A stretch of 45,629 nt of DNA from Candidatus Sumerlaeales bacterium (lineage in GTDB: Bacteria; Sumerlaeota; Sumerlaeia; Sumerlaeales; Sumerlaeaceae): NCBI GenBank assembly GCA_038243585.1, contig JBBSQY010000025.1, positions 1-45,629 of the forward strand, written 5' to 3'. The notes below the pieces were generated by a model. The model saw only the letters and a list, made by a program, of their open reading frames with translations. It was not told the DNA's origin and ran no database searches. Each line of letters opens with the position of its first letter. The first letter of the stretch is position 1. A program made the position numbers and the translations under genes. Shown here piece by piece: positions 28,157-37,273 of this stretch.

Positions 28157-29206
28157 CTAGTTATACAGATCCCAGTCAAGAGCGCTCGCGCCGACCGAAC
28201 TTGGCGCATTCTGCGTGTTGGCTTCCCCTAGCGCCCATTCATAGTCCGCCTGATCCCGTGGCTTTGCCAGCCGTGCAATGTAAAAACGAGCGCGGTTTAT
28301 CCCGCTGGAGTTTGTCCCAAAACTTTCCGTTCTAAAGCCAATGCCCTGGCTTCCCCCCTGACTACCCCAATATCTCACACCTGTTATTTCACTGGACGAA
28401 TTTCGAACCCAACTGATAAAGAGCGGGTTATGCCCGCTTAGACTGTTCCGCCAAAGCTGGACAATGTCGCCCTCCTGCGCCTCATCAAAATCAATAATCT
28501 CCCGTCCTGCACCCCATTCCGGAATGGCGCGGGCACCCAGCTTTTCCGCATCCGACACGCCGTACCAGATTTTTCGGAAAGACTGCATATTCTGCACTGT
28601 CTGGATGCTGCCGATTCGGGAATGCCCGTGCGCCAGGTTATACTTGTTCAGGGCAATCACAGCCGTTTCAAAAGCCACACCGCTGCAATAGGTTGTCGTA
28701 GGCGTGCCAGGATATAAGGGGCAGATAATCTGGCCGAGATAAGTCACCTCCTGTGTAACTCCATAGTCACCCCGGCGGCTTGAATCCCACGAGTAAGGAA
28801 ATGTCCCATCCGTGGGATAGGTTTTATATTGATCAATCACCGCCCGGTTAAGGCTCCACGGTGCAACAGTCGCCTTAAAATAATAGGAGCCAGATGCATT
28901 TGCAGGTACAATAACACTGCACGATACCACAGCGCCAGTGCCCGTAAATCCTGCACCGCCGTTGTCCGCAACGCCCCCTGCCGCAATGGCCCCGGTGTCT
29001 GAGTCATGCAGATCCACCCGGATCACAACGCGCTTTTCCTGCTCATCCGGCGTCTTATTAAACTCCGTATTCACGGCCACCATCTGACCGGGAACAAGCA
29101 ACGCAGGAGCATTCAAAATTGTAACCTGCGCACCGCCAACCGCCAGCCCATTGCTGGATACCAGCAAAAGCCAAAGCAACGAAACCATATTTTGGGTTAG
29201 CGACAT
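28157..29206 (-). CDS. Secreted protein with putative NlpC/P60-like Cys-His domain
   Basis: Signal peptide, beta-rich N-terminal domain, YCSG ... GDIVQLW ... SGH pattern; TTGACA-18-TATAGA upstream; start could be 29188. Confidence 0.6.
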   Translation of the reverse strand: MSLTQNMVSLLWLLLVSSNGLAVGGAQVTILNAPALLVPGQMVAVNTEFNKTPDEQEKRVVIRVDLHDSDTGAIAAGGVADNGGAGFTGTGAVVSCSVIVPANASGSYYFKATVAPWSLNRAVIDQYKTYPTDGTFPYSWDSSRRGDYGVTQEVTYLGQIICPLYPGTPTTTYCSGVAFETAVIALNKYNLAHGHSRIGSIQTVQNMQSFRKIWYGVSDAEKLGARAIPEWGAGREIIDFDEAQEGDIVQLWRNSLSGHNPLFISWVRNSSSEITGVRYWGSQGGSQGIGFRTESFGTNSSGINRARFYIARLAKPRDQADYEWALGEANTQNAPSSVGASALDWDLYN

Positions 29207-29327
29207 TAATAATCTATAGGTCACAGGTCAAACGAGTGTCAATACTGTTCGAATGAAGCAACCTTTGATCAACGGTGTCCCGCCGGCATGTTCCCCCGGC
29301 CGGCACTCGCCTTTCAGGCTAGGACAA

Positions 29328-29507
29328 CTATCCGCGCTTTTTTGCAATTCGCGTAGGGGTAAACTTAACCGCCACCTTTTTCGTATCCACAAACTTATTA
29401 ATCGGTTTCTCCAACCCGCTGCGCTCGCCGGGAACAGCGGGCGCCTTCGCCTTCACCTTAGTAACAGTCTTGCGTATCTTGCCGCCAGCGGCTGTCTTCT
29501 TTGCCAT
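29328..29507 (-). CDS. Small Lys-rich basic protein (59 aa), absent from the ORF track
   Basis: MAKKTAAGGKIRKTVTKVKAKAPAVPGERSGLEKPINKFVDTKKVAVKFTPTRIAKKRG; RBS AAAGGT upstream; G-ending codons like neighbouring minus-strand genes. Confidence 0.7.
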   Translation of the reverse strand: MAKKTAAGGKIRKTVTKVKAKAPAVPGERSGLEKPINKFVDTKKVAVKFTPTRIAKKRG

Positions 29508-29616
29508 GATTTATACCTTTAGTGTGCGCTGTAAAAGCAATACCAGTAATCCGCAAACGCCTAACGCGCGGTTAACCATTGATACTACCAGAAACTCCCT
29601 ACAATATTATGTGCCA

Positions 29617-30576
29617 TCACTGCAAGTCGGGAATCAGATCCTTCGGGATCGGACCCAGGTCACTCGCGCGACAGTTTGCCACAACCTGCTCAGGGGTTTT
29701 CCCGCCCGGAATAACGGTATGACATGCCGGGTGCGACTGGCAAAAACGTAGACTTACCTGCCCCATCGTCTCATCGGGATAGCGGTCAAACAGCGGCTGC
29801 AGATGCTCCAGTTGTCCCAGGTAGCCTGCCAGCTTCTCCTCGCTCAGGTTCAGTCTCCGGTGATCCTCCTCGCCAAATTTCGAGTCCCGGTTAAACTTCC
29901 CGGTCAACAGTCCGAACAACAGCGGTATCCGCACAATTACACCGATCCCGTGCTCCATCGCCTTCGGAAACAGCACCTCCTCCGCCTCTCGCTCCAGCAG
30001 ATTATATCGCACCTGCAACACATCCAGAACTCCCGGATGCTGGTCCAGTAGCGCAGCCTGTTCCGTCTCCTTAAAAGACTGCACGCTAAGGCCTGCCCAG
30101 CGAATTTTCCCCTGCTCCTTCAACAACGTTAGCGCTTCCCACGGCTCGTCATTCTCCAGCAGGTCCAGCGCCGGACTATGAAGCTGAAGGATGTCGATAG
30201 TATCCAGCCGCAGGCGCTTCAGACTCTCTTCGCAGGCGCGCACCAGGTAATCCCTGGTATAATTCGGCTTCACGGCATCCGTAGTAATCAGCCCTTTTTC
30301 GATCGCTTGATAAAAGTCGCTGCCTGCCTTAGTCGCGACAATAACGTCGCCCTTGCCCCGCTCCGCCAGCACCCCGGCGATTAACTCTTCTGAATGACCA
30401 AAACCGTAAACATCCGCCGTATCAAGTAGCGTCGTACCCTGATCCATGGCCTCATTGATTGCCCGAATAGAAACCGCGTCGTCAGTCGGGCCCCAGTTCA
30501 TGCCGCCAATCGCCCACGCTCCAAAACCAATTGTGCTAACCAGGGGACCTCGTGTCCCAAGCTCTATATATCTCAT
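29617..30576 (-). CDS. Aldo/keto reductase
   Basis: GFGAWAIGG, LDTADVYG, SLKRL..DTIDILQLH, QVRYN motifs. Confidence 0.95.
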   Translation of the reverse strand: MRYIELGTRGPLVSTIGFGAWAIGGMNWGPTDDAVSIRAINEAMDQGTTLLDTADVYGFGHSEELIAGVLAERGKGDVIVATKAGSDFYQAIEKGLITTDAVKPNYTRDYLVRACEESLKRLRLDTIDILQLHSPALDLLENDEPWEALTLLKEQGKIRWAGLSVQSFKETEQAALLDQHPGVLDVLQVRYNLLEREAEEVLFPKAMEHGIGVIVRIPLLFGLLTGKFNRDSKFGEEDHRRLNLSEEKLAGYLGQLEHLQPLFDRYPDETMGQVSLRFCQSHPACHTVIPGGKTPEQVVANCRASDLGPIPKDLIPDLQ

Positions 30577-30653
30577 AGCAGATCAGCCACACCCGCCCCG
30601 TCGTTTGTCCAGCAAATAAAGGACACCGCATTCAAGAAGGAGCAAAGGCGTCC

Positions 30654-30680
30654 TGAAGTAGCATAGGCGTCCCGCCTGTG
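30654..30680 (+). repeat. REP-like palindrome (GTAG type)
   Basis: TGAAGTAG-CATAGGCG-tcc-CGCCTGTG. Confidence 0.75.
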
Positions 30681-30701
30681 TATTTCATTATCCTCGCATT
30701 C

Positions 30702-30781
30702 CGCGCCGAAGGTGCGACATACGCTAGCCCAGGATGAAATCCTGGGTTTTCCCAAAAATAAACCGCGTCCTGAAGGGATGC
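30702..30781 (+). repeat. Composite palindromic element with three hairpins
   Basis: CGCGCC-GAA-GGTGCG, CCCAGGAT-GAA-ATCCTGGG and GCGTCCT-GAA-GGGATGC, each with a GAA loop. Confidence 0.6.
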
Positions 30782-30896
30782 CCCAGCCAAGTTAAAAACC
30801 GCCAGGAAAACCATGAATTCCCCTTGCATGACCGATAATCCCGCGCATATTGACCACCGATATTAATCGGCAATTCTCTCCTGAAAAGGTTTCATC

Positions 30897-32078
30897 ATGC
30901 GCATCAAACAGACAGCCCTCGCATCCCTCATGGTGCTGATCGCCGCCTCCGGCTTCTGCCACACAGATTTGAGCACCACCAGCACCCCTCATAAGAAGTT
31001 CAGAGGCAAAATTAAAATCGGCGTTGAAGCTCCCCTGTCTGGCGACCAGCAGACCCTCGGCCAGGGCATGGTAAACGGCGCACAACTCGCCGCCGACGAG
31101 ATTAACGCGGCAGGCGGCCTGAACCGCAAACGCATCGTGATTGTTCCCATTGACGATGCAGCGACTTCCGAAGTAGGAATCCTGGCCGCAAAAAAAGCGA
31201 TCAAGTCCGGCATCAGGGGCGTAGTAGGACCCTATAATTCCGGCGTCGGAATCCATACCCTGCCTATCTATTTAAAGAAGCGCCTGCTTCCGATCCGCCT
31301 CACATCCAACAACGCCACCGACGGCATGGGCTACACCCTCCAGCCGATGTCAGACCAGATCTCCCCCATGGCAGCAGACGCCATGACTTCCTGGCTACAA
31401 GTCAAATCCATCGGCATCCTATACGACTCCACCCAGAACTACACCAACGATCTGGCAGTTGATCTGAAAGCACGCCTTGAGACCGCGGGCGTTTTGGTCA
31501 GCGCGTTTACCAGCATCGCGCCGGGCGCAGACAACTACACCTCGGAAGTTGCAACCATGGCGGCCCTGAACCCCGACGTGATCTATGCCGCGACCTATTT
31601 CCCCGAGGGCGGCCTCATCGCCAAAGCCATGTTTGACCAGCAGGTCTCTGCCCGATGCGTCGTGGATTACGGTTCTGACGATCCCGGCTTTATCACCGTG
31701 GCCGGCATCGACGCCGCCATGGCGACAGATGTCGTGGGCGTTCCCTCACCAACCGACTTCCCCAACGGCCCCGCGTTCTCGGCGGCCTACGAAAGCGCCT
31801 TTGGCGTCAAACCCGGCACTTGGAGCCCATATACATACGACTCCGTCAACATCCTGATCGACGGCGTCAGATCCACACGAAATCGTAAATTCGGCAAAAA
31901 GCGCCTGAAAAAAGCCCTCGACAAAGTAGTGGACTGGCAGGGCGTAACCGGCTCCGTGACAATCGATCCAGCAACCGGCAACCGTATTCCCGCGACCCTC
32001 GTCATACTAGGCGTCAACGCCGATGGTCAGTTTGTAATCAACAAAGATTGGGCCCAGGCAGTAGGCGCACCATACTAA
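30897..32078 (+). CDS. Branched-chain amino acid ABC-type substrate-binding protein (LivK/LivJ-like)
   Basis: Signal peptide; IKIGVEAPLSG, EINAAGG, VVGPYNSGV, YTYDSV, GVTGSVT motifs. Confidence 0.88.
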   Translation: MRIKQTALASLMVLIAASGFCHTDLSTTSTPHKKFRGKIKIGVEAPLSGDQQTLGQGMVNGAQLAADEINAAGGLNRKRIVIVPIDDAATSEVGILAAKKAIKSGIRGVVGPYNSGVGIHTLPIYLKKRLLPIRLTSNNATDGMGYTLQPMSDQISPMAADAMTSWLQVKSIGILYDSTQNYTNDLAVDLKARLETAGVLVSAFTSIAPGADNYTSEVATMAALNPDVIYAATYFPEGGLIAKAMFDQQVSARCVVDYGSDDPGFITVAGIDAAMATDVVGVPSPTDFPNGPAFSAAYESAFGVKPGTWSPYTYDSVNILIDGVRSTRNRKFGKKRLKKALDKVVDWQGVTGSVTIDPATGNRIPATLVILGVNADGQFVINKDWAQAVGAPY

Positions 32079-32097
32079 AAGGAAGCGGACAATAACC

Positions 32098-32379
32098 ATG
32101 GCCGAACCAAAAAAGGCGCCCGTAAAAAAAGCAACGGCAAAGACAGCGTTACCAAAGAAGGAACGGGATCTCGAAAAGAGTTATCCCCGGGCTAAATTTA
32201 TCGAGAAGCTCCGCCGCCTGGCGGATACTCTCGAGGCCGGTACCACGTTCCGCATCCAGGTGGGCGGAGAACGAATCACAGTGCCGCCCCACGCAACAGT
32301 CAGCATAGAGCACGAACGCGAAGACGGCGCGGAAGAAATTGAGTTTCAATTAAAGTGGAATCAGGAAGAACAGAAGTAA
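32098..32379 (+). CDS. Amphi-Trp domain protein
   Basis: KLRRLADTLE ... SIEHERE ... EIEFQLKW pattern; Lys-rich N-terminal tail. Confidence 0.8.
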   Translation: MAEPKKAPVKKATAKTALPKKERDLEKSYPRAKFIEKLRRLADTLEAGTTFRIQVGGERITVPPHATVSIEHEREDGAEEIEFQLKWNQEEQK

Positions 32380-32420
32380 CAAAACGCGCGAACTGCTACG
32401 CCTGTGCGAGCTTTTAAACC

Positions 32421-33128
32421 TCACAAGAATTGAATTTTGATCTCGCTGGCGGCCGGACGAGATCGCAACCCGTCAAGCTTTGGAAGCATGTACTCCTTAG
32501 AGACAATTGCGACGGTCACGAGGTGAATCATAACGATAATCCAGAATGCCACCTGGTAATTCGCCTTTCGATTCTTGTGAGGAAGACTCCACTGCGCCAC
32601 CAGGGCTCCCGGCCAGCCACCCAGGAATTCCATTAAGTGTAAAGTGGACTCTGATACCCTCCAGGAACCAGAGCGGGCACATCCTTTATCGTGGCTGTAC
32701 AACATGTAGGTAAAAACACTGACGACGACATAGACCAACACGAGGTATGGCGAGAGATGAGCGTATGCAGTCGGCACATACGGCGACAAAAAGTTAATCG
32801 AAACGTAAGTTACTGCGGCGAGAAAACTTAAACTAAAAACCCAGGCGAACGTCACCCCGCGCCGCGAGCGATACTGCTTCGGGCGGTACTGATCCATGCG
32901 AACATCGTCTCCGGCCACAGCAAGCCGCACCTCCACCGCACAAGGTTTCCCCTCTCGTCCGGGAGCCAGTTCATAAGTCACACGCTGCCCCACCAAGTCG
33001 CGACTCTGAGAGTTAATGACGCTGCTGATATGAAAAAAAAGCGCAGGGTCGCCATTAGTCGGGGTGATAAAACCAAAACCCTTATCGTCGTCCCAAACTG
33101 TAATTGTGCCCCGGTATCTATGTTGCAT
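32421..33128 (-). CDS. Cold-shock domain + DUF1294 membrane protein
   Basis: WDDDKGFGFI and FFHIS cold-shock motifs; DK..A...WRVSE.TLH...GGWPGA..AQ...HK DUF1294 motif. Confidence 0.92.
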   Translation of the reverse strand: MQHRYRGTITVWDDDKGFGFITPTNGDPALFFHISSVINSQSRDLVGQRVTYELAPGREGKPCAVEVRLAVAGDDVRMDQYRPKQYRSRRGVTFAWVFSLSFLAAVTYVSINFLSPYVPTAYAHLSPYLVLVYVVVSVFTYMLYSHDKGCARSGSWRVSESTLHLMEFLGGWPGALVAQWSLPHKNRKANYQVAFWIIVMIHLVTVAIVSKEYMLPKLDGLRSRPAASEIKIQFL

Positions 33129-33216
33129 CGGGAATCCTTTTGCGACAGTATCGCTGGCTCAGCGCGTAGACTTAATAGCCGTCGACACCAACCAATGGCG
33201 CTAAAAGCTCCCTTAA

Positions 33217-34596
33217 CTACTTTGGCGCAACAAGTACTTCCCGAATCTTTATCGCCTTGCGATTTTCGCCATCACTATTCTTCACTTTGAAATCAGAATA
33301 GATAACCACGAACCGGTCCGGGCCAGTCGCCAACACGCCCGTGTACCCACACGACACCTGGTCTTTTTCACTCGCATAAGGCAACATCTCAAAAGGATCC
33401 GTCCACGTTTTGCCCCCGCCGTCCTTCGAAAACCGCAGTTGCACACCCGGACGTCCTGCACTCAGCACAATGACCCCGTTCTCCAGCTCCAACAGCCGAG
33501 GCAACACCCCTGATCTCGTGATCACCACCGGCTTTGCCCATGTCTTCCCCTGGTCCTTCGACCAGCTCGCATACATCGGCCCCTGGCCAGCAGCGCCCCC
33601 CGCCGTCCGCATGACACAAAGAAAGGTTCCATCTTCTAATACTTCAAATGCCGGCTCCGTGAACCCGGATCGCTCGTCACCCTTCGGATCAGCTTCAAGA
33701 TCAGGTGCATAGGCGATTCGTCCCTGGATTACCCAGGTATTACCATCGTCCACAGAACGATAAAACAGCACGCCACCATCCGGTTCAGCAGTGCCATCCT
33801 CTCTCAGCCAATGCCCCGGATAAATGCCCGCGAACACTGATCCATCAAGGCCCACCTGCATATCCCCCCACCACACGATCGGCACCAGCCCCGACAGACT
33901 ATACCGAAGGGCCGTCGGATCAACAAGCTTCGCACGGTCCAGCATCCATCTTTTGCTGCCACTGGAAAGTCGGTCAATAAAAACACCCTGCCTGGTTTCC
34001 GGCAACTCGTCATGAAGAAACAGGTCCAGCCTTTCCTTCCCCGATTTATCAAACGCCTTCACCGGTTCCGGCATATCCAGATCTTCTACTTTGATAGGCC
34101 GAGGCGTCGCCACTTTAATGCGGTCTCCATTAGGCAAAAGAAAAGCCCCCGAACTCGTAAAAGTACCCTCAGGCTTTTCCCAGGTCTTTCCGCCGTCCCG
34201 CGAAATAGCGATTTCCTGGCTGTCCTTACCATAAGCAGTAATAGAATCCTCCGACATATTCCACCGCACAAACAGCGTTCCGTCTACATTGCGATCGATA
34301 AGCGGAAACTGAAAATGCCCCCACTTATAAGCCTTATCTGCCGTGGCGATAATCACAGGCTCCCCCAGTTGCACCGCAAAAGCAGACCTCCCCCCTCGCC
34401 GATAATCCACCACCGCCGCGCCGGGAACCATAATGCCAGCCAGCGGCCCCGTCGTTTTGTCATACCCGGATTCATCCCAGGTAAGCACTCTTTCCGACCG
34501 TGTAGAGGATTTGTCCAGGTTCGCAGTCTGCGAAGTCTCAGCCAGCACCGCGCCCCCCAGGGCCAAAAACAAAAACAGAAAAGTGAATCGCATCAT
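33217..34596 (-). CDS. Secreted BNR/Asp-box beta-propeller (sialidase-like) protein
   Basis: Signal peptide; Asp boxes SRDGGKTW, SVDDGNTW, SKDQGKTW, SKDGGGKTW. Confidence 0.8.
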   Translation of the reverse strand: MMRFTFLFLFLALGGAVLAETSQTANLDKSSTRSERVLTWDESGYDKTTGPLAGIMVPGAAVVDYRRGGRSAFAVQLGEPVIIATADKAYKWGHFQFPLIDRNVDGTLFVRWNMSEDSITAYGKDSQEIAISRDGGKTWEKPEGTFTSSGAFLLPNGDRIKVATPRPIKVEDLDMPEPVKAFDKSGKERLDLFLHDELPETRQGVFIDRLSSGSKRWMLDRAKLVDPTALRYSLSGLVPIVWWGDMQVGLDGSVFAGIYPGHWLREDGTAEPDGGVLFYRSVDDGNTWVIQGRIAYAPDLEADPKGDERSGFTEPAFEVLEDGTFLCVMRTAGGAAGQGPMYASWSKDQGKTWAKPVVITRSGVLPRLLELENGVIVLSAGRPGVQLRFSKDGGGKTWTDPFEMLPYASEKDQVSCGYTGVLATGPDRFVVIYSDFKVKNSDGENRKAIKIREVLVAPK

Positions 34597-34787
34597 GGCA
34601 GGAAACCTTTTGAAAAAGTCTTATGGATACAGGATAAGAGCTAAGGCTTCCGGTCGGATTACGCAAGGAACAAAATAATCCGGTCATGCTGAACCACCGC
34701 CCGCCGACTTGACGCCACCCCGGACCAAACTCCGCCATTGACGCTCCAGCCTTGACACCCCATATTTCCCGACAATTCCTAATATCC

Positions 34788-36890
34788 ATGACTACTCACC
34801 CGCTCCGCCACGCTGCCGCCCTCCTTTCAGCCTTTATGATAACCTCCTCGCCCCTCCCCAGTGTCGCCGCCGCCGACACCTCCGCCACGGTTCCAATGAT
34901 ATCCACCATCGCCACAAACCTCGGCGTACAGGTGGAGCGATCCATGATCATGCGCAGCGACTGCGGCAAAAATCCCGATGGCCGCGCCGTCCTCTACACC
35001 GTCATCCTTGGCAACCCCGCCATCATGTCAGTCGTTGATGTCGAAAACGGCTCCGTCCTCAAAAACCTCCCCCTCCCCGACACCTCCGGCGCCTGGGCCG
35101 TCAAGGTAGCACCAGACAATACCGTCTACGTCGGCGCCTACAATCAGGGCCTCCTCTACCGCTACTTCCCCGAAACCGGCGAGCTCAAAAACCTTGGCAA
35201 TCCCCTCCCCACCAACGACGCCGTCCTCTACCCCATGGACATCATGCCCGACGGCAAAGTCTACGGCGGCTCCTATTCCAGCGGCCACGGATATGAGTAT
35301 AATCCCGATAATAAGAAGTTCCGCGACCTCGGCCAGATGACCACCTCCACCGAGCGCGAACACTGGATCCGCGTCACCGTCGCCGACCCCATAAATCGCA
35401 AACTCTACCTGGGCATCGGCAACAAGCCACAGCTTGTCGAATACGATCTCGACACCGGCAAAAAGCGCGAGCTCCTCTCCCCGAAATACGCTAACATCAC
35501 CGCCGTCTACGACCTCAACCTCGCCGGCGGACGCCTCTTCTGTCGCAAAGAAACCCACAACCCCGACGAGTATTTCGTGCTGGATGTCGCCACCGGCAAA
35601 GATGTCCTGATCACCAACGCCGACACCGGCGAAACCACCGACGTCTTCCTCAATATGTCTCGCGGCCTCTCCCCCGTCGCGCCCGGAACCACCAAAATGT
35701 ACTACTCCGACGACCAGCGCCAGCTCTGCGAATACGACCTCGCCACCAACACCATCCGCCAGCTCGGCTTCAACACCGCCAGCGCCCTCACCGGCTACTC
35801 CTTCGTAAAGCTCGACCAGCAAAAATGGCCCGGCCTCACCCTCGCAGGCACCGTCGGAAACCAGGAAAAAATCTACCGCTACAATCTGCAAACCGGCAAA
35901 GGCGAACTTCAAGATATCGACCTCCCCGGTCAGCCCGTAAACATCCGCGACATCATCGCCGGCCCCGACGGCAACATCTACACCGGCGGCTACCTCGCCG
36001 GCAACATGGGCCGCTTCAATCCCGAGACCAGCGAAACCACCCACTTCAGCGGCAGCGGCCAAACCGAAGGCATGACCTTCATCGGCAACAAGCTATACTC
36101 CGGGGTCTACCCCGATGCGCAAATCTACGAATTCGACACAAGCCGCCCGTGGAACATAACCGGCGAAAAAGAAAAAAATAACCCACGCAAGATCTTCTCC
36201 CTCACCAAACACCCCTCCATCCCCGGCGACATAGAACAAGACCGCCCCTGGGCCATGGCCGGCTCCCAGGCCATGAACAAACTCTTCGTCGGAACAACCC
36301 CAAAAAACGGAATGCTCGGCGGCGTACTCGCCATCTGGGACACCGTCAAACAGGGAGAGCCAGAAGTCCACTGGAACATCGTGCCCGACCAGAGCATCGT
36401 ATCCCTCGTAGTCAAAGACGGCCTCGTCTACGGCGGCTCCAGCATCACCGGCGGCATGGGAATAAAGCCCCGCGCAACAGAAGCCGAATTCTTCATCTGG
36501 GACCCCGCACAAAAGAAAAAGATCTACTCAAAAGTCCCAGTCCCCGGCGCCGCCACCGTCTCCGCGCTAGGCGTCGGACCCGACGGAAAAATCTGGGGTT
36601 TCGCCTCCGGCACCCTGTTCGTATTCGACCCCGAAAAGCAAGACATCACCTACACAAAAAAAGAATTCCCCTCCGCCAACTCAGACTACCGCGACGGATC
36701 ATTCGTAACCCACACCGACGGCAACGTCTACGGAACCGCCTACGGCACCCTCTTCAAAATCGACCCAAAGACAATGAAGTTAACCCAAATAGCCAAAGGC
36801 GCATCCACAATAGTCCAGGACATACAAGGCCGCCTATACACCTACGGCGAAGGCCGCACAATCCTGTATCAATACATTCCGGAAATATAA
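34788..36890 (+). CDS. Secreted multi-blade beta-propeller protein
   Basis: Signal peptide; repeated PDG.VYGG / GPDGNIYTG / GPDGKIWG / Y.PETG blade motifs. Confidence 0.75.
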   Translation: MTTHPLRHAAALLSAFMITSSPLPSVAAADTSATVPMISTIATNLGVQVERSMIMRSDCGKNPDGRAVLYTVILGNPAIMSVVDVENGSVLKNLPLPDTSGAWAVKVAPDNTVYVGAYNQGLLYRYFPETGELKNLGNPLPTNDAVLYPMDIMPDGKVYGGSYSSGHGYEYNPDNKKFRDLGQMTTSTEREHWIRVTVADPINRKLYLGIGNKPQLVEYDLDTGKKRELLSPKYANITAVYDLNLAGGRLFCRKETHNPDEYFVLDVATGKDVLITNADTGETTDVFLNMSRGLSPVAPGTTKMYYSDDQRQLCEYDLATNTIRQLGFNTASALTGYSFVKLDQQKWPGLTLAGTVGNQEKIYRYNLQTGKGELQDIDLPGQPVNIRDIIAGPDGNIYTGGYLAGNMGRFNPETSETTHFSGSGQTEGMTFIGNKLYSGVYPDAQIYEFDTSRPWNITGEKEKNNPRKIFSLTKHPSIPGDIEQDRPWAMAGSQAMNKLFVGTTPKNGMLGGVLAIWDTVKQGEPEVHWNIVPDQSIVSLVVKDGLVYGGSSITGGMGIKPRATEAEFFIWDPAQKKKIYSKVPVPGAATVSALGVGPDGKIWGFASGTLFVFDPEKQDITYTKKEFPSANSDYRDGSFVTHTDGNVYGTAYGTLFKIDPKTMKLTQIAKGASTIVQDIQGRLYTYGEGRTILYQYIPEI

Positions 36891-36899
36891 ATGGGGAGT

Positions 36900-36908
36900 T
36901 TATCCACA
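36900..36908 (+). promoter_or_regulatory. Perfect DnaA box followed by an AT-rich tract
   Basis: TTATCCACA at 36900-36908; nearly pure A/T at 36913-36941. Confidence 0.45.
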
Positions 36909-37273
36909 GGCCTTTTTTTAATTAATTGATTAATATGTAAACCCTGATACCGGAGCGGTTTAACCGGTTCTATTAGGTACCTAATTACTGCTCCAGAAAG
37001 CACATTTCGGGTTTGCGCCGGTAGATGGCGGCACACTGCTCCAGCGGTGGTGTCGACATTTGCAGCGGCGGTCGAGGGTGTGTTTGTCGTTTTCATAGAT
37101 GTGGTTCTGCCACGGACGATTTTGCAGGACTATTCCCGCATGGGAACTTAGCGGCATCTGTGGACGGTGAAATATGACGCAAAGTACTCAAGCCAATCAA
37201 AACTCCCAGCGCACTGGCGAATTGTCGATTTAGCAGTTGATTACCTCTCGTTACCCGTAAGACAACAGTCACC

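Noticed and set aside
29253..29751. Plus-strand ORFs 29253-29522 and 29470-29751
   Set aside because: They overlap the better-supported minus-strand 59-aa basic ORF and the aldo/keto reductase
35028..36062. 344-aa antisense ORF inside the beta-propeller gene
   Set aside because: Shadow ORF caused by the strong C-ending codon bias of the sense gene; no recognisable motifs
36916..36943. ATATGTAAACC resembling a XerD arm near the skew switch
   Set aside because: No credible XerC arm, and the skew polarity is origin-like rather than terminus-like
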